Assembly (NCBI RefSeq): GCF_000284115.1
Contig: NC_017080.1
Span: forward strand, 780,001-812,000
From: Phycisphaera mikurensis NBRC 102666
GTDB lineage: Bacteria; Planctomycetota; Phycisphaerae; Phycisphaerales; Phycisphaeraceae
Length of the DNA stretch: 32,000 nucleotides
Direction of reading: 5' to 3'
Under the pieces are notes generated by a model. The model saw nothing but the letters and a program-made list of their open reading frames with translations, ran no database searches and had not been told where the DNA came from. A program made the translations under genes and the position numbers. Positions within the stretch are counted from its first letter, which is position 1. Each line of letters opens with the position of its first letter. Shown here one piece after another: positions 16,934 to 25,663 of this stretch.

Positions 16934-17728
16934 GTGCCCGTGCGCACCCGCACCCCCGCCGCCCCCTCGGCGACGGCCTTCACGCTCATCGAGCTGCTGG
17001 TCGTCATCTCCATCATCGCCCTGCTGATCGGGCTGCTGCTGCCGGCGTTGGGCGCGGCGCGGGAGACCAGCCGGATGGCCAAGTGCCTCAGCAACAACCG
17101 GCAGATGGCGATCTCGACGGTCAACTTCGCCTACGCCGGTGCGCAGCCCGTGCGTCCGGCCGGCGCGTCCCGCGACGCGTCGCTGCTGCCCAGCGTCGGC
17201 TTCAGCCACGGCGGCAGCACCTACTCCGAGCAGGGGTCGTGGTTCTTCCTGCTGCAGGACTTCTCCGACGGAACGCTCGCCTGGCGGTGCGACTCCGACG
17301 AGAGCCCCGCGTGGGAGACGCCCCAGGGCAGCCCGTCGCGGCTGCGCCGGGTGAGCTACGCCACCAACTTCCTGTTGAGCGGCTTGAGCAGATCGATCGC
17401 GCCCTCGGGCCGGCCCTACCGCACCTACGCGGACCTGGACAAGATCCCGGCTCCGTCGGCCACCTGCTTCATCGTGGAGCTCGCCGAGGAAAGCTCGTCC
17501 GGCTTCGCGACGGCGGACCACGTCCACCCCGAGACCTGGACCGGCAACCTGCCGGCCATGCGGAACCAGATCGAGCTCGAGCAGCACGCCGGCAAGGCGA
17601 ACTACGCCTTCCTGGACGGCCACGCCTCCACCGAGCAGCGTGAGGGCGTGTACGACCTGGATCCCGCTTCGGTGATCCCCAACCTGATCTGGCGTGCGAA
17701 CGCCTTCGACCCGGAGGTCGCCCGCTAA
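16934..17728 (+). CDS. Prepilin-type N-terminal cleavage/methylation domain protein with H-X9-DG motif
   Basis: '[57 protein letters not shown]...[17 protein letters not shown]'. Confidence 0.9.
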   Translation: MPVRTRTPAAPSATAFTLIELLVVISIIALLIGLLLPALGAARETSRMAKCLSNNRQMAISTVNFAYAGAQPVRPAGASRDASLLPSVGFSHGGSTYSEQGSWFFLLQDFSDGTLAWRCDSDESPAWETPQGSPSRLRRVSYATNFLLSGLSRSIAPSGRPYRTYADLDKIPAPSATCFIVELAEESSSGFATADHVHPETWTGNLPAMRNQIELEQHAGKANYAFLDGHASTEQREGVYDLDPASVIPNLIWRANAFDPEVAR

Positions 17729-17815
17729 AGGGCGGCTCCGGACCTCCCGTTCCGGGAGACCCTGGCGGGTGCGCGTTGCACCCGCGACGATCCGACGACT
17801 CTGGAGAATGATCCC

Positions 17816-18466
17816 ATGACGACCCTTTCCACCCTCAGCACCCGCGTCGCCCTCGGCGCCGCCGCCGCCGTCCTCGCCTTCCCCGCCGCGGCCGACGGCG
17901 AGGGCGACGGCGCCCCGCACGTCGCCGTCGCGCAGGAGCTCACCGGCGAGCTGGAGATCGAGTACGAGGTCGACGCCGGCCTCGACGAGTCCGTGACGCC
18001 GGTCCGGCTCACGCTCGACACCTCGGCTTACAGCACCCTCTACGCGGGCTTCCGCACCTTCCCCGTCAACGACACGCCCAGCCCCAACGACGACCTCGGC
18101 TTCGTGTCGGAGGTCGAGGGCGTCGACGAGGAGGGGGCGGCGCTCTCGGAGAGCATCGGCCTCCGTCTCCTGAGCAAGGACGCGGACTTCGCCATCTTCG
18201 ACGGCACGACCGAGATCCTCGCCTCGCCCAACGCGACCTTCAGCCTCGGCAACGCCTTCGACTTCCACCCGGTCTGGGTGCTCCGCACGCAGGACCAGGG
18301 CTTCTTGGGCACCTCCGACGCCTCGCTGGAGGTGTTCTCCGAGGCCACCGGTGACTCGATCGGCACCTTCGACGTCCGCCTGGCCGTCCCCGAGCCGACC
18401 ACCGCCGCGCTCTTCGGCATCGCCGGCACGCTGCTGCTCCGCCGCCGCCGCGACGCGCGGGCCTGA
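17816..18466 (+). CDS. PEP-CTERM sorting domain-containing protein (C)
   Basis: Signal peptide 'MTTLSTLSTRVALGAAAAVLAFPAAADG' and C-terminus 'VPEPTTAALFGIAGTLLLRRRRDARA'; 'FDFHPVWVL'. Confidence 0.88.
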   Translation: MTTLSTLSTRVALGAAAAVLAFPAAADGEGDGAPHVAVAQELTGELEIEYEVDAGLDESVTPVRLTLDTSAYSTLYAGFRTFPVNDTPSPNDDLGFVSEVEGVDEEGAALSESIGLRLLSKDADFAIFDGTTEILASPNATFSLGNAFDFHPVWVLRTQDQGFLGTSDASLEVFSEATGDSIGTFDVRLAVPEPTTAALFGIAGTLLLRRRRDARA

Positions 18467-18498
18467 TCCTCACGCCGACGCTTCGGGAGGAGAAGAAG

Positions 18499-18550
18499 AC
18501 GCCGCGGACCGTCGCCGGTTCGCGGCGTTTTCGCGCGCGGTCCGCGGCGT
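18499..18550. terminator. Putative terminator hairpin after PEP-CTERM C
   Basis: Perfect 13-bp inverted repeat: ACGCCGCGGACCG (18499-18511) and CGGTCCGCGGCGT (18538-18550). Confidence 0.55.
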
Positions 18551-18669
18551 TTCGCTCGGCCGGAGGCGGCAGCGCCCGCCGCCGGGCCGCGCCTCCGGCG
18601 TGGCGAGGCACCCGGGCTTCGGACGCTGCGGGCGCCCGCGTCCTCCTCGGGATGCGGATCGGGCGCGAG

Positions 18670-19554
18670 CTAGTCCAGCGTCCGGACCTTCGTCTTGATC
18701 GTCATCTCCATCGGGAGCGTCATCGCGCCGGCCGCGGTTTCCCCGGTGATGGTCTGCGTGAGGTCCATCTCGCGGGCGAGGCCCGTCGCCCGGTCGAGGG
18801 TGGCGGTGCCGGACGTGCGGATCTGCATCCGCACGGTCGCCCCGCCGCCGGGCTGGAGGTTCATCTCGTTGTCGCCGTCCACGTCGAAGCGCGCGGACGC
18901 GTCGTCGAAGCCGGTCAGTGTCCAGCCCATGGCCACCTCCACGGGCAGGCCGCCGGGCGCGGCGATCTCCACGCTCTGCTCCCAGCGGTCGCCGACGGCA
19001 ATCGGACCCTCGGGGAGCTGCGGCTGGCCCCCCAGCATCGACTCGATCGTCCCTTGCGCCTCCTCCGCCACCGCGAGGTTGCCGGTGTCGGCGTCGACCA
19101 CGACGCCGCGGTCGGTCATCGTCGCCCGCACCGTCTCGCCGATCATGGCCGCCAACGGCCCGAAAGCCGCCGCCGCGGGTCCCTCCGCGGGCGGCCCGGG
19201 ATCGTCGCTGTCGTAGCGCATCGGCTCGGCGTTGGGAACGTCGAGTTCCATCGTCGCCCGCTGGATCGTCGTCGCGAGGACGAAGTCGCCTTCGGCGGGC
19301 TTCTCGTCGAGCGTGACCATCGAGGTCTCCAGGGTCATGTCGGTGCGCACGTCCATCGGCTTGTCCTGCCCCGGAACCGGCTGCCGCATCCGCATCTCCA
19401 TGACCATCCGCTGGCGGACGGCTTCGCCGACCGGGGGGTTCAGGCGGAGCCGGATCGTCTCCGCCGCGGCGGCGGGCGCGGGAGCGGCAACGATGAGCGA
19501 GGCCGCGAGGGCGAGCAAGGGGGCGGTGCCGCTTCCGGCGAGCTTGTTGGGCAT
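18670..19554 (-). CDS. Exported hypothetical protein
   Basis: 294 aa with signal peptide 'MPNKLAGSGTAPLLALAASLIVAAPAPAAAAE', then a beta-rich-looking domain with 'LPEGPIAVGDRWEQSVEI', 'GTATLDRATGLAREMDLTQTITG'. May belong to a DUF6263-like group (uncertain). Confidence 0.8.
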   Translation of the reverse strand: MPNKLAGSGTAPLLALAASLIVAAPAPAAAAETIRLRLNPPVGEAVRQRMVMEMRMRQPVPGQDKPMDVRTDMTLETSMVTLDEKPAEGDFVLATTIQRATMELDVPNAEPMRYDSDDPGPPAEGPAAAAFGPLAAMIGETVRATMTDRGVVVDADTGNLAVAEEAQGTIESMLGGQPQLPEGPIAVGDRWEQSVEIAAPGGLPVEVAMGWTLTGFDDASARFDVDGDNEMNLQPGGGATVRMQIRTSGTATLDRATGLAREMDLTQTITGETAAGAMTLPMEMTIKTKVRTLD

Positions 19555-19599
19555 GGAGGATCCTTGGAGCGAGGGGGGTGGCGGGTGGAGGGTGGAGGC

Positions 19600-19758
19600 T
19601 AAGAGGCTGTTTCAGAACCTGCTGGGCTTCGCCACCCGCGGCCGCCCGCTGCCCGCGTCGGGCTCCGAACGGGGGGACTGCCCCCCGCTCTCACCCTCCT
19701 TGGCAGCAAACAGCCACGGGCGACTCGGGCGTGCAGCCGGTTCTGAAACAGCCTCTAA
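19600..19758. mobile_element. MITE-like element with 17-bp terminal inverted repeats and TAA target duplication
   Basis: TAA(19600-19602) | GAGGCTGTTTCAGAACC (19603-19619) ... GGTTCTGAAACAGCCTC (19739-19755) | TAA(19756-19758). Interior ~119 bp, no transposase ORF. Confidence 0.75.
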
Positions 19759-19845
19759 CCGGCGCGTGCGCGGCGCAAGCCGCGGCCGCCGCCGACGTAC
19801 ACTTGGGCTCTCTCGCACGCGGCCGATCCCCGCCGGCGTTCCCGC

Positions 19846-20592
19846 ATGGCCTCCAAGCACCCGAAGCGAACCCCAACGCCCCGCTCGCCCGCTCCCGGCG
19901 GCGGCGGCGTGGTCTCCGCCGTGCTCGACCGCGGCACGGGGCCGGTCGCCGCCGGCGTGGCCAGCGCGCTGGACAGCCACGTGCTCGTGCTCAACAAGAT
20001 GTGGATGGCGATCCGCGTGGTCGACGGCCGCGGCGCGTTCCAGCTGCTGTGCCGCTCGATGGCCGAAGTCATCCGCGTCGACGACGGCAGCTACCAGGGG
20101 CACACGCTGGAGAGCTGGGCCGACGTGGCGGACACCCTCCGCTCCTTGCGGAAGGCGGATCCGGGCGTCGCGCACTACGACTGGGTGCGGACCGTCCGCG
20201 CCGACCTGCCGGTGCCCAAGGTCATCCGCCTGCTCGGCTACGACAAGCTGCCCGCCCAGGGCGTGAAGCTGAACCGCCGCAACATCTTCGCCCGCGACAA
20301 GAACCTCTGCCAGTACTGCGGCGGGAGCTTCCCGACGAGCGAGCTGTCGCTCGACCACGTCGTCCCGCGCAGCCAGGGCGGCGGCACCAGCTGGGAGAAC
20401 CTCGTGTGCTCGTGCGTCCGATGCAACAGCCGCAAGGGCGGGCGGACGCCCAAGCAGGCGCAGATGCCGCTGATCACGGTGCCGGTGCGGCCGCGGCGGA
20501 ACCCGGTGCTCTCGGTGCGCGTGGGCTCGGCGAAGTACGCGTCGTGGAAGGCTTTCCTGGACAACGCGTACTGGTCGGTGGAGCTGCGGTAG
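19846..20592 (+). CDS. HNH endonuclease family protein
   Basis: 'RRNIFARDKNLCQYCGGSFPTSELSLDHVVPRSQGGGTSWENLVCSCVRCNSRKGGRTPKQA'. Confidence 0.9.
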   Translation: MASKHPKRTPTPRSPAPGGGGVVSAVLDRGTGPVAAGVASALDSHVLVLNKMWMAIRVVDGRGAFQLLCRSMAEVIRVDDGSYQGHTLESWADVADTLRSLRKADPGVAHYDWVRTVRADLPVPKVIRLLGYDKLPAQGVKLNRRNIFARDKNLCQYCGGSFPTSELSLDHVVPRSQGGGTSWENLVCSCVRCNSRKGGRTPKQAQMPLITVPVRPRRNPVLSVRVGSAKYASWKAFLDNAYWSVELR

Positions 20593-20661
20593 GGGCCAAG
20601 CTCCAGCGGCAGCGGGTGGATCCCGGCCGACCCGGCGGGCAGGCGCGGACGACGATCGGGT

Positions 20662-21741
20662 TCACAGCTCGAGGCCTGATCGCTTCAACCGCTTCAGAAG
20701 GTCCGGCAGCTTGCGGACCGCCACCTCCTGGCGGATCCGGTCCTTGAAGTGCTGGGCGGGGATGCCGCCCCACTCCACGCCGGCGGGCACGTCGGCCATC
20801 ACCTGGCTGCCGCCGGCGAGCTTGGTGCCGGGGCCGATGGTGACGTGGTCGGCGAAGGCGGTGGCGCCGCCGACCATCACGCCGTCGCCGATCACGCAGG
20901 AGCCGGCGATGGCGCAGCAGCCGGAGATGACCACCAGGTCGCCGATGACCACGTTGTGCCCGACCTGCACGTGGTTGTCGATCTTGGTCTGGTTCCCGAT
21001 GCGGGTGGAGCCGAACTTGCCCTTGTCCACGCAGGTGCAGGCGCCCAGCTCGACGTCGTCGCCGATGACGACGTTGCCCAGGTGCGGGACCTTGCGGATG
21101 ATCGGCCGCCCGTCGTCGCCCGCGTCGCCGCGGAAGCCGAAGCCGTCGCCGCCGATGACCACGTTCGCGTGGGCGAGGAAGCGGGCGCCGATGCGGGTCC
21201 GTTCGCGGATCACCACGCCGGGCCAGAGCGTCCCGCCCGGGCCGATCACCGCGTCGGCGTAGACGTGGCTGCCGGCGTGGAGCACGCAGCCGTCGCCGAG
21301 CCGGACCCGCGGCCCGACGGTGCAGCCGGGGCCGATGGAGACGCCGTCTCCAACGTCCGCCGTCGGGTCGACCAGGGCTTGCGCGTGCACGCCCGCGGCG
21401 GGGGCCTCGTCCGCGGGCGTGATCGCCTCGAGCAGGCGGGCCATGCCCAGGTCGGCGTCGGCCACGCGGATCACCGGGGCGTGGTGGCCGTCGGCGCGGG
21501 GCGGGAGTTGCACGCCGCGGCTGGCCATGACCACGCCGGCTCGCGAGGCGGCGTAGCGGCCGGCCCAGGCCTGGACCGCGACGAACGAGAGGTCCGTCGG
21601 CTCCGCCTCGTGGAGCATCGCCAGGGCGGTGATGCGGGCGTCGGCGTCGCCGCTCTCCAGCTCGCCACCCACAAGCGCGGCGACCGCGCCGGCGTCGGCC
21701 GGGAGGCGGAAGTCGGGTTCGCTCCGGGGGGTTCCGCTCAC
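20662..21741 (-). CDS. lpxD: UDP-3-O-acylglucosamine N-acyltransferase
   Basis: Hexapeptide repeats 'VGDGVSIGPGCTVGPRVRLGDGCVLHAGSHVYADAVIGPGG', 'NVVIGGDGFGF', 'ACTCVDKGKFGSTRIGNQTKIDNHVQVGHNVVIGDLVVISGCCAIAGS'. Adjacent to ompH/skp and bamA homologues. Confidence 0.92.
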   Translation of the reverse strand: MSGTPRSEPDFRLPADAGAVAALVGGELESGDADARITALAMLHEAEPTDLSFVAVQAWAGRYAASRAGVVMASRGVQLPPRADGHHAPVIRVADADLGMARLLEAITPADEAPAAGVHAQALVDPTADVGDGVSIGPGCTVGPRVRLGDGCVLHAGSHVYADAVIGPGGTLWPGVVIRERTRIGARFLAHANVVIGGDGFGFRGDAGDDGRPIIRKVPHLGNVVIGDDVELGACTCVDKGKFGSTRIGNQTKIDNHVQVGHNVVIGDLVVISGCCAIAGSCVIGDGVMVGGATAFADHVTIGPGTKLAGGSQVMADVPAGVEWGGIPAQHFKDRIRQEVAVRKLPDLLKRLKRSGLEL

Positions 21742-21751
21742 GGGCCGCTCG

Positions 21752-22360
21752 TCAGCCGTTCGCGTTGAGGCGGAGGAGGACGGCCTGCGTCAGGTCGACC
21801 TTGTCGCTGCTGTAGAGCACCTTGCGGTTCTGCAGGATGGCGGTGATCTGGTTGCGGTCCGCGCGGACCAGCTGCTCCATCTCGGGCAGGTCGCTGCTCT
21901 CGAGCACCAGGTCGAGGCCGCGGTCCTCGGCCACCGCCGCGACGGCCGCGGTGGCCCGCTCGTAGAGGTCGAGGAACTCGCGGGACTGGTCGGTGCCCTC
22001 GATCTGCTTGGAGATCTGCTCGTACGCCTGGAGGTTGGCGGCCATCTCCAGCACCTCGCGACGCTTCGCTTCCCAAGCGGGCGTCGCGGGTCCGAGCGCG
22101 TCGAGCTGGTTCTGCACGCCCTTCACCTCGCCCTGACGCCGCTGCATCTCCTCCGCGAAGCGTTGCTGCCGGGCCTGCCGGGCCTCCTGCATCTGCTTGA
22201 ACCGGTCCGAGCCGTCGAGCACCGCCTGCAGGTCGACCACGCCCACGCCCGCGGCAGGGGTGGCGCTGGAGCCGGCTTGAGCCACGACGGGCTGCGGCCG
22301 CAGCTGCAGGAGGCCGAGCGCCAAGACGGCCGCGGCCAGCAGGAGAGTGAGCGTCTTCAT
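21752..22360 (-). CDS. OmpH/Skp family periplasmic chaperone
   Basis: 'VGVVDLQAVLDGSDRFKQMQEARQARQQRFAEEMQRRQGEVKGVQNQLDAL...ERATAAVAAVAEDRGLDLVLES'; syntenic between lpxD and bamA. Confidence 0.85.
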   Translation of the reverse strand: MKTLTLLLAAAVLALGLLQLRPQPVVAQAGSSATPAAGVGVVDLQAVLDGSDRFKQMQEARQARQQRFAEEMQRRQGEVKGVQNQLDALGPATPAWEAKRREVLEMAANLQAYEQISKQIEGTDQSREFLDLYERATAAVAAVAEDRGLDLVLESSDLPEMEQLVRADRNQITAILQNRKVLYSSDKVDLTQAVLLRLNANG

Positions 22361-22460
22361 GCCGCCAAGGTAGCGGGCACGGCTTCGCGCAGCGGACCGG
22401 GCGGCACGCCGCCGAGCCCTCCGGGGGCCGGCCCCTCGGCCGCGGCGCCGGCGGCGGCGC

Positions 22461-24902
22461 TCACTGGAACGGGATGTCCAGCGTGAAGGAGATCAGCTCG
22501 TCCTCGTCGCCCTCCTCGTCGAGCAGCGGGACGGCGAAGTCGATCGCGAAGGGTGCTTGGCTGAGGAACGGGATGGCCATCCGGATGCCGGCCCCGACGC
22601 TCACGCGCCAGCGGCCCAGGTCGACGGAGGTGTCGATGGTGCCCTGGTCGGTGAAGACCACGCCGCGGAGGTAGCGGTCGACCAGCGGGAACTCGTACTG
22701 CAGCGTGGTCAGCAGGCTGAAGCGGCCGCCGACGGCGTCGTCGCCGACCTGGCCGGTGTCGTTGCGGACGCCGCGGGGGCCGATCCCGCGGAAGTCGAAG
22801 CCGCGGAAGCTGCGGCCGCCGGCGTAGAAGCGCTCGAAGACCGGCGCCTCGTTCTCCTGGAGGATGTAGCCGGCGTCGACGCCGAAGCTGACGATCGTCC
22901 GGCGGTCGAGGTAGTCCTGATCGACGGTCCAGAACTTGGTGAAGCCGGCACTGAGCCGCGTGAACTCGAAGCTGCCGCCGAGGGCGCCCACCTGGTCGAC
23001 GCCGAACTCGGTGCGGCTGCCGCGGCTGGGGGTGAAGAAGCTGTCGGCGGTGGAGCGGGTGAAGCTCAGTCCCAGCGAGGTGAGGTCGTTGTCGCCCTCG
23101 ACCGCGAAGACGTCGACGGGGGCGTCCTCCTCGATGTCGGCGATGCGGATGCTGTTGTAGCGCCCGACCACGGCGCCCGACCACACGTCGCCGAAGCGGC
23201 GGCCGACCCCCACGCTGCCGCCGCCGCGCCGCTCGTCGAACTCGCGGCGGTCGCGGTCGTTGAAGAAGGCCGACAGCGAGAGCGAGAAGTCGCTCTCGAG
23301 GAAGGCGGGGTCGCGCCAGCTCACGGCGTAGCTGGAGTTGCGGGCGCCGGGGCTGGCGGTGAGGTTGAAGGTCTGGCCGGCGCCCCGGAAGCTCTGGCCG
23401 GTGACGAAGTCGCCGAGGGAGGCGGGCGTGTCGGTGATGTCGAAGTTGCGCTGCGTGAGGTCGATCGCGCCGCCGAGGCCCAGGTCGGAGCTGACGTTCG
23501 CGCCGAAAGCGATCGACCCGGTGTTCCGCTCCTGCACCTCGATGAGCACGTCGCGGACCGCGTCCCCGGGCTCGCCGAGGATCGTGACTGTCGGCTGGGC
23601 GAAGAGGGCGGACTCGGAGAGCCGCCGCCGCGTCTCCTCGAGCCCGACGGCGTCGAAGCGGCGGCCGGGCGTGAGCCCGCGGGTCTCGCGGAGGACGACC
23701 CGGGTGCGCGTCAGGTTGTTGCCGCGGACGTCGACCTTGCCCACGACCGCGGGCTCGCCCGGGTCCACGCCCACCTCCAGCGCCACTTCCGGCCGCTGGG
23801 GATCGAAGCGACGCTCGACGCGGGCCTCGGCGTCGAGGTGGCCCAGCCGCCCGTAGAGCGCCTCGATCGCCGCACCCGATTCCACCGACTTCTTGACGCT
23901 GAACACCGAGCCGGGCTTGAGGCTCATCGCCAGCAGCAGCTGCTCCTCGGGGATCAGCAGCGGGCTTGCCGCCCCCGCGCCGCCAGCGGGCACGAACCGG
24001 ACCGACTTCACCGTGTAGCGGGCGCCCTCCTCGACGAGAAACGTGACGACGGCCCGCTGCTGGTCGGGCGAGACGTCGATGCGCGAGCCGACCTGGGCGT
24101 CGAGGTGGCCGCGGTCGCGGAGATACTCCCGCACGCGGGCGGCGTCGAGCTCCACCAGGTCGCGGTCGAGGTTGCCCTGCCGCAGCACGGGGATGCGGGT
24201 CGGCTGCTTCACCTCCTTGCGGAGCTCGTCGTCGCTGAAGACCTCGTTGCCCTCGAAGGCGATGCCGTGCACCCGGAGCTTGGGGCCCTCGCGGATGGTC
24301 AGCACCAGCGTCCGGTCACGCCGCAACGCCTCGCGGTCGACGCTCACGTCGGCGACGAAGAAGCCGCGTTTCCGATACAGCTCGCCGATCTGCCGCACGG
24401 CCCGCTCGACGAGGAACTCGTCCGCCGGATCGCCGGCCCGCAGCGTGACCGCGCTGCGCAGCGTGAGGTCGTCGACCGCTTTGTTCCCGCGGATCTCCAC
24501 CCCCTCCAGCAGCGGCTGCTCCTCCACGCGGTACACGAGCCGCACGCCGCCGGCCACCGGCTCGACCTCGGCGAACACCTTCCGGAAGCGGCCCAGCCGC
24601 GTGAGCCGGTCGATGTCGTCGTTGACGCGGGCGGCGTCGTAGGGGTCGCCGGGGCTCATCCGGACGGCGTTGCTCGCGAGCGTCTCGGAGACGGTCTCCA
24701 GGCCGGCGAAGCCGACCTCGACCACGGCGCGGTCCGTCCAGGCGTCGGCTGCCTCCTGGGCGAAGCCAGCGGGGGCCGGGGACGCGGCGAGCAGGGTGAG
24801 GCAGAGCGTGAGGCTCCCCGCGAGGCGGCCGGAGCGTCGGCCCGGGCCGGCGGCCCTGCCGCCCGGGGTGTCTGGGCGCTGGGCGCGTGCCGTCGGGTTC
24901 AC
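22461..24902 (-). CDS. bamA: Outer membrane protein assembly factor BamA (POTRA repeats + beta-barrel)
   Basis: POTRA signatures 'VRLVYRVEEQPLLEGVEIRGNKAVDD', 'RIHGIAFEGNEVFSDDELRKEV', 'VVGKVDVRGNNLTRTRVVLRE'; barrel end 'VSVGAGIRMAIPFLSQAPFAIDFAVPL..LISFTLDIPFQ'. Start chosen at GTG 24902; the track start 25010 is less likely. Confidence 0.92.
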   Translation of the reverse strand: MNPTARAQRPDTPGGRAAGPGRRSGRLAGSLTLCLTLLAASPAPAGFAQEAADAWTDRAVVEVGFAGLETVSETLASNAVRMSPGDPYDAARVNDDIDRLTRLGRFRKVFAEVEPVAGGVRLVYRVEEQPLLEGVEIRGNKAVDDLTLRSAVTLRAGDPADEFLVERAVRQIGELYRKRGFFVADVSVDREALRRDRTLVLTIREGPKLRVHGIAFEGNEVFSDDELRKEVKQPTRIPVLRQGNLDRDLVELDAARVREYLRDRGHLDAQVGSRIDVSPDQQRAVVTFLVEEGARYTVKSVRFVPAGGAGAASPLLIPEEQLLLAMSLKPGSVFSVKKSVESGAAIEALYGRLGHLDAEARVERRFDPQRPEVALEVGVDPGEPAVVGKVDVRGNNLTRTRVVLRETRGLTPGRRFDAVGLEETRRRLSESALFAQPTVTILGEPGDAVRDVLIEVQERNTGSIAFGANVSSDLGLGGAIDLTQRNFDITDTPASLGDFVTGQSFRGAGQTFNLTASPGARNSSYAVSWRDPAFLESDFSLSLSAFFNDRDRREFDERRGGGSVGVGRRFGDVWSGAVVGRYNSIRIADIEEDAPVDVFAVEGDNDLTSLGLSFTRSTADSFFTPSRGSRTEFGVDQVGALGGSFEFTRLSAGFTKFWTVDQDYLDRRTIVSFGVDAGYILQENEAPVFERFYAGGRSFRGFDFRGIGPRGVRNDTGQVGDDAVGGRFSLLTTLQYEFPLVDRYLRGVVFTDQGTIDTSVDLGRWRVSVGAGIRMAIPFLSQAPFAIDFAVPLLDEEGDEDELISFTLDIPFQ

Positions 24903-25084
24903 AGTCGGCCGATGGTAATGGCGGGCCGGCGGGCGCGTCGCAGCGGCGGGCCACCCTCCCGCGGCCCGCGGGGGTCGCCGGGGGCGGCGGCCCGCGGTGC
25001 GGTCCCGCATCCCCGACGGTTATGCTCCGGGGCACCCTTGAAGCTCCGCACGCGGCGGTGGCTTCGCCACCGCGGAGGCGCACC

Positions 25085-25663
25085 ATGGAACAGGATCAAG
25101 CCGCGAGACGGATCGCCGGCAAAGCGTTCGTCCTCGGCGACGACATCGACACCGACCAGATCATCCCCGCGGAGTACCTCGCGTACAACCCCAGCGATCC
25201 CGAGGAGCGGAAGTTCTTCGGGATGTACGCGAACGTCGGCGTGCCCAAGGGCCAGTCGGGCTTGCCCGGCGGGAACCTCCGCTTCGTCCCCGAGGGCGAG
25301 TTCCACAGCGCGTACAAGATCGTGATCGGCGGGAAGAACTTCGGGTGCGGCTCCTCGCGGGAGCACGCGCCGCTCGCGCTGGCCGAGGCGGGCGTCGAGG
25401 TCGTCGTGGCCGAGTTCTACGCCCGGATCTTCTTCCGCAACAGCGTCAACGGGGGCTACCTGCTGCCCATGGAGGCAACGGAACGCCTCTGCGACGGCGC
25501 GGTCGAGACCGGCGACGAGTGCGAGGTGGACCTCGACGCCGCCACCCTCACCAACCGCCGCACCGGCAAGCGCTACGCGCTCAACCCGCTGGGCGACGTG
25601 CAGCCGATCGTCGACGCCGGCGGCGTCTTCGCCTACGCCCGGCAAGAAGGAATGCTCAGCTGA
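25085..25663 (+). CDS. leuD: 3-isopropylmalate dehydratase small subunit
   Basis: 'GKAFVLGDDIDTDQIIPAEYL', 'VIGGKNFGCGSSREHAPLALAEAGVEVVVAEFYARIFFRNSVNGGYLLP'. Confidence 0.9.
   Translation: MEQDQAARRIAGKAFVLGDDIDTDQIIPAEYLAYNPSDPEERKFFGMYANVGVPKGQSGLPGGNLRFVPEGEFHSAYKIVIGGKNFGCGSSREHAPLALAEAGVEVVVAEFYARIFFRNSVNGGYLLPMEATERLCDGAVETGDECEVDLDAATLTNRRTGKRYALNPLGDVQPIVDAGGVFAYARQEGMLS

Noticed and set aside
16283-18268. 661-aa minus-strand ORF overlapping the Fur/prepilin/PEP-CTERM genes
   Set aside because: The opposite strand has several independent recognisable proteins; this frame has none.
22557-25325. 922-aa plus-strand ORF antisense to bamA
   Set aside because: Translation is an artefact of the antisense frame; BamA on the minus strand has clear POTRA and barrel motifs.
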